This document shows positions 26,711 through 40,424 of a stretch of 62,046 nucleotides of DNA, one piece after another. Origin of the DNA: Octopus bimaculoides (Eukaryota); NCBI RefSeq assembly GCF_001194135.2, contig NC_068985.1, positions 60,077,352 through 60,139,397 of the forward strand, in the 5' to 3' direction. The position numbers and the translations under genes are program-made. The notes beneath the pieces were generated by a model that was not told where the DNA came from, made no database searches, and was given only the letters and a program-made list of their open reading frames with translations. Each line of letters opens with the position of its first letter. The stretch's first letter is position 1.

Positions 26711-27685
26711 CAGAAAATTACTTACACAACTTTGACCACTTTTTTGAATTCAATATTTTCACTGCTTGTGAACATGCTTACAAAAACGTGATAACAGTTC
26801 GCCACTGATGATATTTGGAAACGCTATTTCATATTCAGAATTATTGAAGCATAAAATAAACTACACATGTCAGTTGTTAGCTGTCATGACACTGATCCAC
26901 CAAAGATTGCATGGTTCACTAATACTGCTCCAGTCATACCTTTGAACTGTTTCCTCTTTATGACTTTTAATGTTTATTTTTCTGTCAGTTGTGTTTTATT
27001 TTATATACTTTGCATGGACTTATAACTTTCATTGTTTTTCTTTACCTGATTTATGTCTGCTTTTTGTCCCCTCTTCTAGCCTTTTCCTGACAAGATAGAG
27101 TGTACTTGAGCCTTGTATACTATAAGCTCATTATTTTTATTATTTTTTAAATGCATGTAAACAAAATTAGTTCTTGTGATAGTTGTGTTTCTGGACTGGC
27201 TCACCAATGCAATTCTGTGTGGTACTGTATCTGACAGGAAGTGAAGAGTTTAATAAATTATTAATTAGTTCCCCCTTATAACATGTTCTCTTTACTAATA
27301 TGAACCTCTGGCCTCCCCAATTAGTGACCTATCATGCTGGCCAACATCTCAAATCTGAGGGAAACAGTCATTAATATTAACCTACTCCAACTTGTCAGAT
27401 CCTCCCCTCTCTCCTCCTCCTCCTCAACCCCCACTTTTGAAAGCATATCTATTAGAAACCTACTCCCTTATGTCATTCTTCAGTGACTTTCATACTTGAG
27501 AAATTTTGTGAAAACAATATTTTTATACTTAACATCAACCAAGCTCTCAGTTTGTGCCTGACATGCAAATCTAACTAAACTATGCAAATCACCTTGCTAA
27601 ATGAGTGTGTATATATACACACTTGTTTTAAGATAGTCAAGTTTAAGGTTAGTCATTAACCAACTCTGTCTTTTCCTCTTTAAAG

Positions 27686-27752
27686 GACCTGATGAAGAAG
27701 ATGAAGAAGTTGATGTCACCAGTATTGAACCAATTCGAGCTTTTGTCAGTAG
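27686..27752 (+). CDS. RBBP5: RBBP5 coding exon 12 (GPDEEDEEVDVTSIEPIRAFVS)
   Basis: taaag acceptor, GTAAGT donor, 67 nt, phase 1-2. Carries the EEVDVT WDR5-binding motif. Confidence 0.95.
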
Positions 27753-28962
27753 GTAAGTCAACTCGCTGTTCCTAATTTGTTTCTTCTTGTAACCTACCAT
27801 TTTCTTATACATGTAGCCATGATTGATTATCCGATTCTATCCGTTATGTCTTATTCCATTTCTGCGTCAACAAAAGTTTCGTCTGACTCAGTCAAGCATA
27901 GAAAAGAGGACATTAAAAGGAGGATCATCATCCTTCTAATGTCTGCTTTTCCTTGGTTGCATTGGTCAAACAGAATTTATTGAGGCAGGTTCTTTTATGG
28001 CTAGATGCCCTTCCTGCCACCAGTCTTCACCTGTTTCCAAATAAGGTAACATTTCCCTACGGCCATTCACTGCTTTTATGATGGCGATGCTCATTCACAA
28101 CCACCAAGCAATGTCAAGGTGCATGCATACACACACACGACAGAGCTCTTTCAGTTTCTGTCTACTAAATTAACACAGAAGGCTTTATTCAACTTGGAGC
28201 TATAGTAGAAGACAAGGTGCTACACAGTGAGACTGAACCTGAAACCATGTATTTGGAAAGCAAACTTCTTAACCACTCAACCATGCCTATATATGTATAT
28301 AGAAAAAATGTCTGTCCAGTGCCATATTGCATTCTGGTTCATTTTGGACAAAGTATTTGCTTAAAACCACAAAAATATATATTTGTTATGAATGAAACTT
28401 GCAAAATCTGGAATAAAAGTGTGTATTTGTGCAGAGTCAAAGGTGTCCTATTATAGATTATTGATGGTGATGATAATAATCCTTTCAACTATAGGCATGA
28501 GGCCTGAGATTTTGGGGAAGGGGCAAGTTGATTACATCAACTCCCAGTGCTTGGCTGGTACTTATTTTATCAACCCTAAAAGGTTGAAAGGCAAAATCAA
28601 CCTTGGCAGAAATTGAACTCAATGTAGACATGAAATGCTGCTAAGCATTTTGCCTGGTGTGCTAGCAATTCTTCTAGTTCACTGCCTTAATAATAATTGT
28701 AAAAATAATCATTTAACATACATCTTCCATGCTGGCAGGTGTTGTTAGGATTAACATGACCTGATAAGCCAGAAGACTGCATTGAGCTCTGTTGTCTACT
28801 TTGCATGGTTTCTACAGTTAGATGTCCTTCCTCACACCAACTGATCTACGGTGTACTGAATGCCTTTTCTTTCATGGCACTAGTTCTCCTGAGGTCATCA
28901 AGTAATTTCTAAGACAAAATATGTTAACTGAGTGCAGTATCCTATGCTAGGTGGTAAAAAGC

Positions 28963-29190
28963 TTAACTGTTTAGCATTCAGATTACTCTGTCAAATGTAA
29001 TGCTTATTTATTCACATTGTTTTGAATTAATCATGCATTATCTTGTAGTTTGAAGATTTTGATGATGTGATTGTTTATTTTTAGAATGACATTATAGGGT
29101 GGGTGTGAGAGGCTTCATCTGGCTGGTTTGAACATAGGACAAGTAGAATATTTGGGCCAGATATGGTCAGTTTAAATGCTAAAGAGTTAC
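28963..29190 (+). mobile_element. piggyBac-type MITE (TTAA-flanked, ..tttagcatt TIR)
   Basis: ttaactgtttagcatt ... aatgctaaagagttac. Inverted copies at 60233-60460 and 54001-54203 (truncated). Confidence 0.75.
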
Positions 29191-29522
29191 TATAGTAGAG
29201 GAACAAAATCAGGTGTTTTGCTGTAGAGGAAATACATAGTTATCCCAGTTGGAAAGCAAGAAAGATGATGGTGAAGTGTCAGGACATAGCCACAACGTAC
29301 AGGAAGGTGAATATGAGAAAGAATAAGGACAGAGGATCAAGGATGGATGGGAAAGTTTGCAAGAGGGTGAGGGTGACAAATGGTTAGAGGTGAATGATGA
29401 ACGTAGATGGAGCTGTGGTCAATAGTGAATATCAGTTGGGTGGAGGAAGTGATAAGTTCAGATATGTAATACTACTACTACTAATAATGATGGTTTCTTT
29501 TTGTGTTGTTTTATTATTACAG

Positions 29523-29619
29523 CGATGAAGAAGCTGAAGATGAAAATGCTTTAATGTACCTTCCTGTCTCGCCAGAAATTGATGATCCCGAAGAAGGATG
29601 GCCGTTAGGGTCAGAAATG
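29523..29619 (+). CDS. RBBP5: RBBP5 coding exon 13 (SDEEAEDENALMYLPVSPEIDDPEEGWPLGSEM)
   Basis: ttacag acceptor. The GTAGGT donor at 29620 was chosen because it keeps frame with the next exon. Matches SSDEE..ALLYLPIAPE. Confidence 0.9.
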
Positions 29620-30935
29620 GTAGGTGTTCCTTATTAAACATTATGTCACCATTATAATCACCTCCTTCTCATTTAGGTCAACTTATCCTCTCATCCCAGG
29701 GTCAATTAAGTAGATACCACCTTTCTACTGTTCTCCTTTTACTCTTACTTGTGGTGTTCTGCCAATGTAAACAACATCTTTAATATTGCTATTAACATTA
29801 CCACCACTGATGTTATTGCTACTACCACCAACACCACTACTACTGCTACCATCACCACCATTACATTTCATAGCCCGACCTAGTTGCAGTTGATATATTT
29901 ATAGGATATATCAATGTTTGGTTGCAATTGATATATCTATAGGAAACAAATATTTTTATGGTTTAATAAGATATATTTTGACATCAGTTGAAGCATCCTT
30001 TTACAGTCAGATGCCCTTGCTGTCACTTTTTTTTCTCAAGGAATGGACTTTTTATTCCATTGATGTCTTGCAAATGCTGAGCTAATGGATGACTTACTGA
30101 TGCAAAGCACAGAATATAAACATTCACACACATTTTTTCAATGTCCATTTTCCTGAGCTGGCATATATGTATGTCATCATCATCATATAATATCTGCTTT
30201 CCATGCTGGCATGGGTTGGATGGTTTGCCTGAAAATCTGCAGCCTACAGGGCTAAACCCGTCTCCTACATCATCTTTGACATGATTTCTATGGCTGGATG
30301 TCCTTCCTAATGCTGACCTCTTTACTGAGTGCCTTGGGTGCTTTTTACATGACACCAACACTAGTGATATTGCTGTGTAACTTAGAAGACAGAAAAGAAA
30401 GGGAAAAAGCTCCTACTACTAGGATGAATTATTTGGGATGCGAAGGTGGAAGTGGTTGGTTTCAATCCAGTTGCTAAAAGGCTAAAGTATGAGTGAGGGA
30501 TAAGCCCAGATGTTTTGCTATAGAGGAGACACATGGCTAAAGCAGGTAGAAGGAAGGTAGTGATGGGATGCGAGAGCAAACTTGTGTGTGTTTGTATATA
30601 TATATAGACTTTATGCTGAATTGTGGTACAGTATGGGCAGATTTCTGAATACCAACGAACATTTATGCAGATATAACAGTTTAAAGGATAAGCCTATTAT
30701 AATGGATAATACTAAGTGGACTTTTCCTTTTTCTCTCTCTTTTTCTTTTTTCTTTGTGATGTAATCTTGGGACTGAAAATGTTTGCGGCTGAAGATAGCT
30801 TAAAACCATCCTTTATATCAACAATATATACTGATGTAATGGCAGTTTGTGTATAAAGCTTGAAACATGTGTACCGCGATATCCTTTGTGTTCTGTTTTC
30901 AATTTACGTTTTATATATATGTATATATATATATA

Positions 30936-30970
<35 letters not shown>

Positions 30971-30998
30971 GTATTATATATATATACGTATGTATGTA

Positions 30999-32189
30999 TT
31001 AGGTCATCCCATAAGTAATGAAGTAATGTCCAAATTTCGAATAAGGAGAACAAGTGATCAAATCTTACATTTTAATGAAGCTTAATGATCAATATAGTTT
31101 CCATGATTGACATCTTTCCATCTATTTGTAAGCTTTTTAATCCCATTAATGAAAAACTCTTCAACTTCCTCAGTTGTTTTGAGAGTTAATCCATCCAAAT
31201 GATTCTGGAAACTATGGAGCAAATGGTAATCTGAAGGAGCAAGGTCTGGGGAATAAGGCGGGTGAGCAGTTTTCTTCCAGCCAAGTTCTGTGATGTGATC
31301 TTTGCAGTGTGGGATGTTTGCATTGTCCTGATGAAACATCACCTTTTGATTCACTAAAGCAAGCTTTTTTTTCCCCTTCAAAGCAGCGTTCAAACACTCT
31401 AATTACTGACAGTAGATTTGAGCATTGATTGTTGCATTGGTTGGTAGCAGCTGAAAGTGGATGACTCCTTTGCAATTCCCCCAAACAGAGAGAAGAACAC
31501 ACTTTGCATGGAGTTCCCTTTTCTGTTGTGGTTGGGCCTTTTCCCCTTCACTAAGCCAATGTCTACGACACTTAACATTTTGATAGAAGACCCATTTTTC
31601 ATCACTGGTCTGTCCAAAAGGGATGAGATGAGTTCAAGAGAATGAAGAGATTTGCAGTTGGCTTCAGACAAATCATGAGGCACCCATTTTCCGAGTTTTG
31701 GGACCTTTCCAAGCTATTGAAGATGACTGTGAACAGTTGTATGGCTTGCCAATTCTTCAACTGAAACTGCATGATCTTTTTTCATGTTCTGCCAAAAGGA
31801 GTTTGTCATCAAACTCAATTGGATGTCCTGTTTGGGCCTTATTTTCCAGGCTGAAATCGCCACTTCTGAATTTTACAAACTATCTTCCACAAGTTCATTC
31901 ATTCAGGCACTCTTTTTCATAGCTGAGTGGATATTTCAAGTCGCTTCAGCAGCAGAGTTCCTTTTTTAAACTCAAAGTGCATCAAGTGCTCCTTAGACAC
32001 TTCCATGTTTGAAGAGCTATAATTAGTGAAATTTCAATTAGATTATCCTGCAAAATGAAATTTAATTAGTTTAATTATGTCCAAATACATATAAATATTA
32101 TTTGATGTCATTAGACATTCTAAAATACTGTTAAAGCATTTGAAAATTGAAAATATAGAAGTCCAGACATAACTTATGAGATGACCTGA
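30999..32189 (-). mobile_element. Decayed mariner (Tc1/mariner) transposon
   Basis: TIRs ttaggtcatcccataagt / acttatgagatgacctga, flanked by TA on both sides. Frameshifted transposase with QDNA, HPPYSPDLAPSDYHL and (W)MPHDL motifs. Confidence 0.92.
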
Positions 32190-32457
32190 TATATATATGT
32201 ATATACACATACATGTGCACACATATGATTTTATACAGTTTCCATCTACAAAAATCACCCACAAAGCATTTTTGGCCCCAGGCTAAGGTAGTTCACAGTG
32301 AGACTGAACTTGAAATCACTACATCCACAACAGGGATAGTTTTTAACTTTTTCCATCCAAAGGGTTTTTTTAAGCCCAATATTTACATGCTGTTATTTAT
32401 AGCTTTATCTGATTTGAGTTCCACTACTAATCCCCTCCCACAGAATCATTTCACATC

Positions 32458-32770
32458 TTTCATCATCATCATCATCATCATCATCGTTTAACGTCCGCTT
32501 TCCATGCTAGCATGGGTTGGACGATTTGACGGAGGACTGGTGAAACCAGATGGCTACACCAGGCTCCAATCTGATTTGGCAGAGTTTCTACAGCTGGATG
32601 CCCTTCCTAACGCCAACCACTCATCAGAGTGTAGTGGGTGCTTTTACGTGTCACCCGCACGAAGGCCAGTCAGGCGGTACTGGCAACGACCACGCTCAAA
32701 ATGGTGTATTTTATGTGCCACCCGCACAAGAGCCAGTCCAGGGGCACTGGCAACGATCTCGCTCGAAAAT
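32458..32770 (-). mobile_element. Young RTE 3'-tail element (short retroposon)
   Basis: (CAT)n + gtttaacgtccgctttccatgc + ggatgcccttcctaacgccaacc, with CpGs retained. Near-identical copy at 17920-18150 (+). Decayed copies near 22905, 35150, 46140, 54780 and 56215. Confidence 0.8.
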
Positions 32771-33197
32771 CCTATGACGTCTGAGATAAATTTGCTAACG
32801 TAGGTATATGCAACCTGGACAGCTTGTACAATCTAGAGGAACTCAGTAAGATATTCCNNNNNNNNNNACATCACATAATTTCAGAAGACACTTCCCTGGC
32901 ACATTCAAGACTTTCAGCCTGAAGACAATCATCCCTGCTGACCTTCCCAGGTGTCGCTTTCAACTTATATGCAAATATATCCAAAGATTACCATAGATTA
33001 AACAAGAAACATATGCGTTCACAATATTCACCATAGGCACAGGCATATGCTGTGTGGTAAGAAGCTTACTTCCCAACCACATAGTTCCAGGTTCAGTCCC
33101 ACTGCATGACACCTTCAGTAAGTGTCTTCTACAATAGCCTCAGGCCAACCAAAGCCTTGTGAGTGGACTTGGTAGATGGAAACTGAAAGAAGCTTGT

Positions 33198-33229
<32 letters not shown>

Positions 33230-34432
33230 CTCCATCACTGCTTGACAACCAGTGTTGGTGTGTTTATGTCCCCATGATCTTTCAAAGTCACTAAATTCTT
33301 ATGTAAACAGGGTATTGTTATATTTATATCTAAACCTTTGACAGTTGTTGTAGTAAAGACTGCCATTAGACTTAACTAACCATGATACATTAGAGTAAAG
33401 ATTGACAACTTCCTTTATCAATTAAGTTTATTTATTTCATTCAAGTGTAATTTACTTGAAATTTTCTAATGAAAGAAGGTATTTAATAATTGTTAATTCA
33501 CTGTCTGATGAGAGAGGTATTTAATCAATTGTCAATTAGCTCTTGAATGAGAGATATTTATCAATAATCATTTATTAACTGTCTAATTGATTTAATCAAT
33601 AATTGGCAATTAGCTATCTATTGGTATATACTTAATCAATAATTGTTAATTAGCTGTCTGGTGAGAAGAGATATTTGCCAATATTTGTTTATTAGCTAAT
33701 TAGAAAAATATTGATAAATAGCTGTCTAACAAGAGGTATTTAGCCATAGTTGTTATCTAGCTGTCTAATGAGAAGTGTTTAATCAATAATTGTTAATGAA
33801 ATGTGGTTCAGTCCTGCTGAGTGGCATGTTGGGCAAGTATCTTCAATAGCTTTGGGTCAACCAATATCTTCTGAGTGAATTTGGTGGATGGAAACTATGT
33901 GGACCATGTCTGTGTATGTATGTATGTATGTATGTGTGTGTGTGTGTGTGTGTGTTAGTTACTGTCTCCTTACCTTAACATTGCTTGATAGTTGTAAACA
34001 AGTGTCACCGTCATACATGTGGTGTCCTTTGTGTCCAGTATTATGTGAAAACATGCTGACCATTGGAAAATATTACCTTACTTGGAAACAGGCAAGAGTT
34101 GATGACAGGAAGAGCATCCAGCCATAAAACATCCACCTCAATAAATTCATCCAACCAACATGAGCATGGGAAAGTGGACATTAAAACAATGTGGATGATA
34201 AATTATCTAATGAGACCCATTGTTTTATGCCCAGAATAGACAAAGTTTTGCATTATCATGTGTCAGAACAGACACTTGTTCTCTTGCAATCCAACAGTTT
34301 CTGCTTTGTTCTTCTCGAAGGTGTCTCTCAGCATATCTGCTTACTGAAGTGAAATTTCTTATTTACAAAAGTGGTAGCTCAATAAGTGAACTAAATGTTT
34401 TTAATAATCATGTTGAGAAATATGTATGTGTT

Positions 34433-34463
<31 letters not shown>

Positions 34464-34708
34464 CAGATAGACAAACGGATAGGCAGATAATATTGTTGTT
34501 ATATTCATTCATATATATGTATGTTTGAACTTATATACATACAAAAATACAAGAGATAGAAGTTGCAACCTAAACCAGAAGAGACAGTACATTGTCATTA
34601 TTTGAGAACTGGGGGAGACACTAATTTTATTGAGAATTTAACCTTGGTGCTTTAATGCATAATATTTCTTCACTTAATTCTGAAATCCTTTTTTTTTTTC
34701 TTTTCTAG

Positions 34709-34826
34709 GGTCCAGAAGATACAATGAAAGACCCAAAAGACAAAGAATTTTCTGATGAAGCTTCTTCTCCTAAGAAACGGAAGACAAAGTCTGTCGACAT
34801 TGACCTGCCTGATGCTCCAACTGATG
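34709..34826 (+). CDS. RBBP5: RBBP5 coding exon 14 (GPEDTMKD...SPKKRKTKSVDIDLPDAPTD)
   Basis: Poly-T tract + CTAG acceptor, GTAAGA donor, 118 nt. PKKRKTK is an NLS-like segment equivalent to human PPKKKPKT. Confidence 0.9.
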
Positions 34827-36006
34827 GTAAGATTTCATACACGCTGTGTTAGTGGAGTTTAAAAACATTGACAAGAACCACTTCACAAGAAAAGCAAGCA
34901 TCAGTGTAGTCGTTCTCAATAGTTTTAGTGAACATCACACAACATTATCAAGTCATTTTGAGTACCATGAAGCTAGAAGGCTTCCATGGAACAGGGATTA
35001 ACTATTGTTTAAATATTGAATAGAATTTTATATCCTGAGCAATTGTTACAGTTCTTTTTGATCCAATTTTGTAACAGTTTAAATGCTTAATCCAGTATAG
35101 CCCTCCCCTTCAAATGTCAGATATGCAGTTAGGTCATGGGGACTCGCTGGTACCTCATAAAAACCACCCAGTACATTGTAAAGTGGTTATTGAAACAAGC
35201 AGTCAGTGCAACATTGAGAAGACTCTTTAAAATGGTTGGTGTTAGGTTGTCCAGTTGTAGAAGTGGTGTCAGAACTGAAACATTAGAGCAAAGGGTGGTC
35301 TTCTGACCTGTTGCCCAACCCATGGTGGCATGTAAAATGGACATGTGATGATGATGATACAATTGTTTCTTTTTCCCTTCTTTAAACATTACATATTGCC
35401 AAAAATATTGTAGCAGTATAATCTTTATGGATTGTAAGTTTCTTATTTATTCTCACAATTCATAACATTTACTAAAGTGTGACTGGTATGGGAAAATACT
35501 TTTAAGATGATTGACAATTAGTGACTTTTAACATCTGAGAAGGATACTCATTTTTCACTTAATTTTCTCCAGATATATAATCTATGTTTAGATTTCAAGT
35601 AAGCTAATTAACTGGGAATTAATTAAATAATTTCTTATTAAGCATAATTTAGAGACAAGATATTGGCAATGAAATTAAAATATATGACTTTTACAAGAAA
35701 AATTTTTTTTTCTTGACTTTAAATTTGATTTGTAAAGTAATTATTGTTATTAAGGTAATGTAAAGACCATGGGATTACACCTAGAAAGTTGCCATCCATG
35801 GTCTGGGCAAATTTGTTTATGGAAGACCAGCAATCACCCATGCATACCAGCCTCCTGTCTCCACACTACTTACATTATCAAAGGGAAAGGCAAAAGCTGA
35901 TGCAGCTTGGCACCAGTGATGTCACAACTCATTTCCACAGCTGAGTGAACTGAAGCAACGTGATATAAGATCACTACCTCATGATCGTGAGCCTGACACT
36001 CGAATG

Positions 36007-39000
36007 TAGTGTTTCCCAAACTTTTCATGCCAAATTGCAATATCGCCCACCTATCGGCCCAAAAATGCTCCATTGCTCACATGTGTAAAAAAAAAAAACC
36101 CTGACACAACACCCTCCCAACAGAAAATCCCCTACCCCATCCCCGTATCATTTGACACACACACTATATCGTAGACTCGTTGCTCTGTTAGTACTGTTTA
36201 TACTAAATATGTAGTTGTTTACAAATCCCTTATAGTAGGTTTAGTTTTGCCATTAGTGTCAATAAAATTCTAACGTTAACTCCATTTTTCAGATAGATTA
36301 ACTTTGGGAAACTTGCACTTTCTTTTACACTGATTTTCATTTTCCCCAAATGAACCTTTGATCAGAACTACTGATGCAAAAATGATTGTATTATAAAGGA
36401 AAAGAATAAAACTTCTTAATGAGAACCATGTGTCTGATGTGATGCAGCTAGTGTAGATACATTCAGTTTCAAACTTGTCAATTTAGCCGAAAGTCTCCTC
36501 ATTGTGTCACATCCAGTCCAATTCTTTTATGGGAAAGCAAAGTTCCAACATGGTTAAAACCAGATTCAGCCACGTATGATGTAGGGAAGGCAAGCAAAAG
36601 TAATTTCAGATGTTTTCACAGACTGGGGTAGGAATTCAATATACTCTGATGGTACCACAAACCTTTGCCATTACGGCTATATCGAATTGTGGCGTCATTG
36701 TCATTATGTAAATCTATCGATTCCTCCTGAATGTCATCCTTGCAATCGACTGCATTGACCTCAAACGGATTGCTATACCAATTTGGAATATTCAGTGCCA
36801 TAACATCTTGAAATCACTCCACCATGTCATCGTGCAATGATTGTAAATAGTTGCGATATGTAGTTAAATCCTCATCAGCCAATTCATCTTTCAAAGAATC
36901 AAGTTGTGAAAATTGATGGAATTGACATTTTGAAATGTTAGGGTTATTTATCATAGTCCTCCTGGCAATAACACAGGAATTCAAGACAGTATGCCCCTGG
37001 GAGCTCCTCTATGCTGATGACCTTGCTCTTATTACTGAGTCACTATCAGAACTATAGAAGTTTCAGGTGTGGAAGCAAGGAAAAAATCGAAGGGCCTTAG
37101 AGTCAACCTAGCTAAAACCAAAGTCTTAATAAGTAAGAAGGCAGACAAACCACAATTTTGGAATGAAATTAGTGATAAATGATTTACAATCAACGACAGT
37201 TTTTCTGTTTCCTTGCAATAACTTATTCAAATCATTTAATTTTGTGAATATGCCACAAAAGAAAAAGATATACACTATCCACTTCATTAATGGCTGCAAA
37301 GTGCGATATGAAACAGTTCAACACAGCGTGAAACACAGTTTCCTTTTGACAGCCACCATACTTCAGTAGGGTGTAAGAGTTTAGTATGATCCTCATCATT
37401 TCTCAGTCAGAGTTGACGGAAAATTCGATCAGACAAGGGACTGGACTTCAATTTGTTCACAGTCTTGATAACTAACTGTAGCACATCATTCAGCCTACCG
37501 TTCATATTTTTTGCCAGTGTTCCAAGTAATGAACAGTTAGTATCTGGTGAGAAATTTCACGCTTTAGGAGGGATAAAAAAACCTCTGTATCTTCCTATCA
37601 TCAGATGCACAAGCAAGAATATTACTGAGTGGGATATTATGTTCAAAACGGAAAGGCTTGAGAGTATGAAAAATAGTCGCACCTCTTGAATCAAGCAGCA
37701 ATTTCTCTGTGAACCGCATTTCCTCCAAAGTTGAAGGTCTCTGCTGAAATACCGAACATATACCATCATCAAACATTGATTGTCCACAACAGTTGACTCA
37801 TCCACTTGTATAGAAAATTGAGAACGCTGGAGAATATTAATGAGCTGATGTTTGACATTGTTGGCCATTTTATCGATGCTTCGAGAAATTATGTTATTAC
37901 TAAATGGCATCTTCTTCATAATGTTATCGGGTTTTTCATGCATAACGATTGACAAAATCTCTTCGTTAACTGGGCGAAGTAATGTTTCTCCAGTTGTGTG
38001 AAACTTCCCAGACTTAGCAACAAGCAATGCAATGTTGTACGATGTAATCAACCCATCATTCTCCTGTTTACTAGTTTCCTGGAGTAGCGTGTTGAATGTT
38101 TGTATTTACTTTTTGAAAAAGGAGCTCAGTTGCAAAAAGTATGATAACGTCTTGTCCTTTTCAGAATGCTTTGCATCAAAGTGATACTTCAAGCGTGAAG
38201 GTTTCATTGCTTCATTGGTCAATGTTTGATGGCAAAGAAGGCACATTGGTAACTGACAGTTCTGAGGAGAGGGAATAAATCCAAACAATAAATAATCACT
38301 ACTGTATTGTCGACAAATTTTCTTGACTGGAAGCATCAGTAAAGTGAAAATGTGGAAACAAATTTCTACAGATGGCATCAGAAAGGCAGTATGGTATTCC
38401 CAAAGAGAAGAAGTCAATAGAGCAGAGTCAGTTGACACGTCTTTACTGGAGCAAATACGGATCTAGTTCGTTTGGCTGCCAGCATTTCAAAAACTAAAGT
38501 TTATCGAAAATTTTAAAATTTGGCACATTAATGTACCTTTCCAAGCTAAATTGCTGGAGTTATTCAACTTTTTCCAGAAAAATGTTTTTAAAAAGTTATA
38601 CAGGTTTAAAGTTTGATCATTTTCATTTAGTCAAGAAACACTATTTCAAAGTTGTCATTTTGTGCGTGACTGCACATTTTGTCAACATCCTGAAAATACC
38701 ACTTGTGTTTTGATACGCACAACATATAACCCCTCATAACTTTTTGGTTTCTCGGAGTTTTCAAGAAATTTTTGTGCGTTTGAATTCTACATGCGGGACT
38801 TCATACACTTATGCCAAAATAAAATTGTAGTGGAGTGTGATTTAAGGCCTAAGGCCTATTTGGCTGCTATTTTTAGCACGCATGACAACCATCTCAATGA
38901 CTGTGACAAAATATTCGATTGATAAACAAGTCCGCGTTTTTAATACAAAGGGACTTCTCATGCGAGTAGTCAAATCAATAAAAGTGCACCCTTACTCTAG

Positions 39001-39181
39001 GCATGCCTAGATATCGGTAAATGTAGACTTAATTTCTAAAAATTCATTGTCACCCACGAAATGTTCATATCACCTGCCAAAATCTCAAATCGCCCACCAT
39101 TTTCTAGAAATTCACCCATTGCCTACCTGTAAGTTGAAATCACCCACCAGTGGGCGATATCACCCACTTTGGGAAGCTATA
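36007..39181 (-). mobile_element. Decayed hAT (Buster/Charlie, ZBED5/ZBED8-like) transposon
   Basis: TIR-like ends tagtgtttcccaaa / tttgggaagctata. BED-finger ORF (RQYSSDYLLFGF..CLLCHQTLTNEAMKPSRLKYH), catalytic FSIQVDEST, and C-terminal IPNWYSNPF fragments. Splits a SINE head with an 8-nt length excess. Confidence 0.9.
36945..37155 (+). repeat. 211-bp exact copy of RTE segment 42540-42750 inserted in the hAT remnant
   Basis: Base-by-base identity, including the source copy's frameshifting lesions. Confidence 0.92.
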
Positions 39182-40008
39182 CTTTAACCTCTGAGCCATT
39201 AAGGTGGTGTATGATTATTATTATCAAGAAGCTGACTACCTGGAGAATTGCCAGCACATCAGACAAGATGCTTCTAATCCAATACATTCTAAGTTCAAGC
39301 GCTTTTCATCCTTTTGAGGTTGATATAATCAACTAGTCCCCGTCCCCCCAAATTTCAGGCCTTGAAGAAGAAAAGTATTGTTAAGGTGGCAATCTGACAG
39401 AATTGTTAGCCCATCAGACAAAATGTTTTATGATATTTCTTCCAGCTTCTTACAAGTCTAAATTTTGCCAAGGTCCAATTTGCCATTCATCCTTTTTGGA
39501 ATCAGTAAAATAAGTACCAGTTGAGCACAGGGGTTGATGTAATAGGTTTACTTGCTCCCCTCAAAATTGCTGGCCATGTCCCAAAATTAGAATTATTCTT
39601 TAGATGATGAGCTGGCTGAATCATTGGTACATCACACAAAATACTTAGCAGTATTTCTTCCAGCTCTCTATGTTAGAAGTTCAAATTCTGCCAATGTCAA
39701 ATTTGCTTCATCCTTTCAGGACCAATAAAATAAAGTACCAGTCAAGTACTGGGTCAATGTAATTGACTAACCCCTTCCCTTAAAATTATTGACCTTTTGC
39801 CAAAATTTGAAACCATTAGCTTTCTTTTGCTGTTGACATAATTTATTATTCTTCATGCTACCTTCCAAATAAACACCATCAATAATTAAAATCAAAGCAT
39901 CAAATTCTATTAAAACATATCACTGGCTGTCTCATATATACATACATATATATATATATATACACACACACACAACATATTCTATCTTTGTCTCTTTCTT
40001 GCTTGCAG

Positions 40009-40173
40009 AGATTCATCCCTTCTTAAATGTGAAGAAACCTCAAGATAAATCGCAGCAGAAAAAAGGTAGTCGTTCAAAACAACGGCAGGGAAAACCTGAT
40101 AAAAATCGAGGTAAAGACAAACATTCTGGTAAACACAAAGAGAACAGTGAATCAGATCAGAAAGAAAATATTG
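40009..40173 (+). CDS. RBBP5: RBBP5 coding exon 15 (EIHPFL...basic tail)
   Basis: ttgcag acceptor, GTAAGT donor, 165 nt, phase 1-1. EIHPFL corresponds to human EVHPLL. Confidence 0.88.
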
Positions 40174-40387
40174 GTAAGTTGAATTACTCTTATCGTCACT
40201 TATTCATGCATCTATTTACTTTTGTCACATCATCGATTATTCATTTCTCTAATTTTGTCACAGATTGCCTGACTGAAAATTCTAAGATTTTTACATTCTA
40301 TTTACTGTTCCATTAAAATTATGTTTCGCAAAAATCCTGAAAGAATTATCTGTCTCCCCTTCGCTCTCTATCCTAACACCGGCATTG

Positions 40388-40424
<37 letters not shown>

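Noticed and set aside
26280-26735. 151-aa plus-strand ORF
   Set aside because: Antisense shadow of the SPT2-like low-complexity ORF; no recognisable motif.
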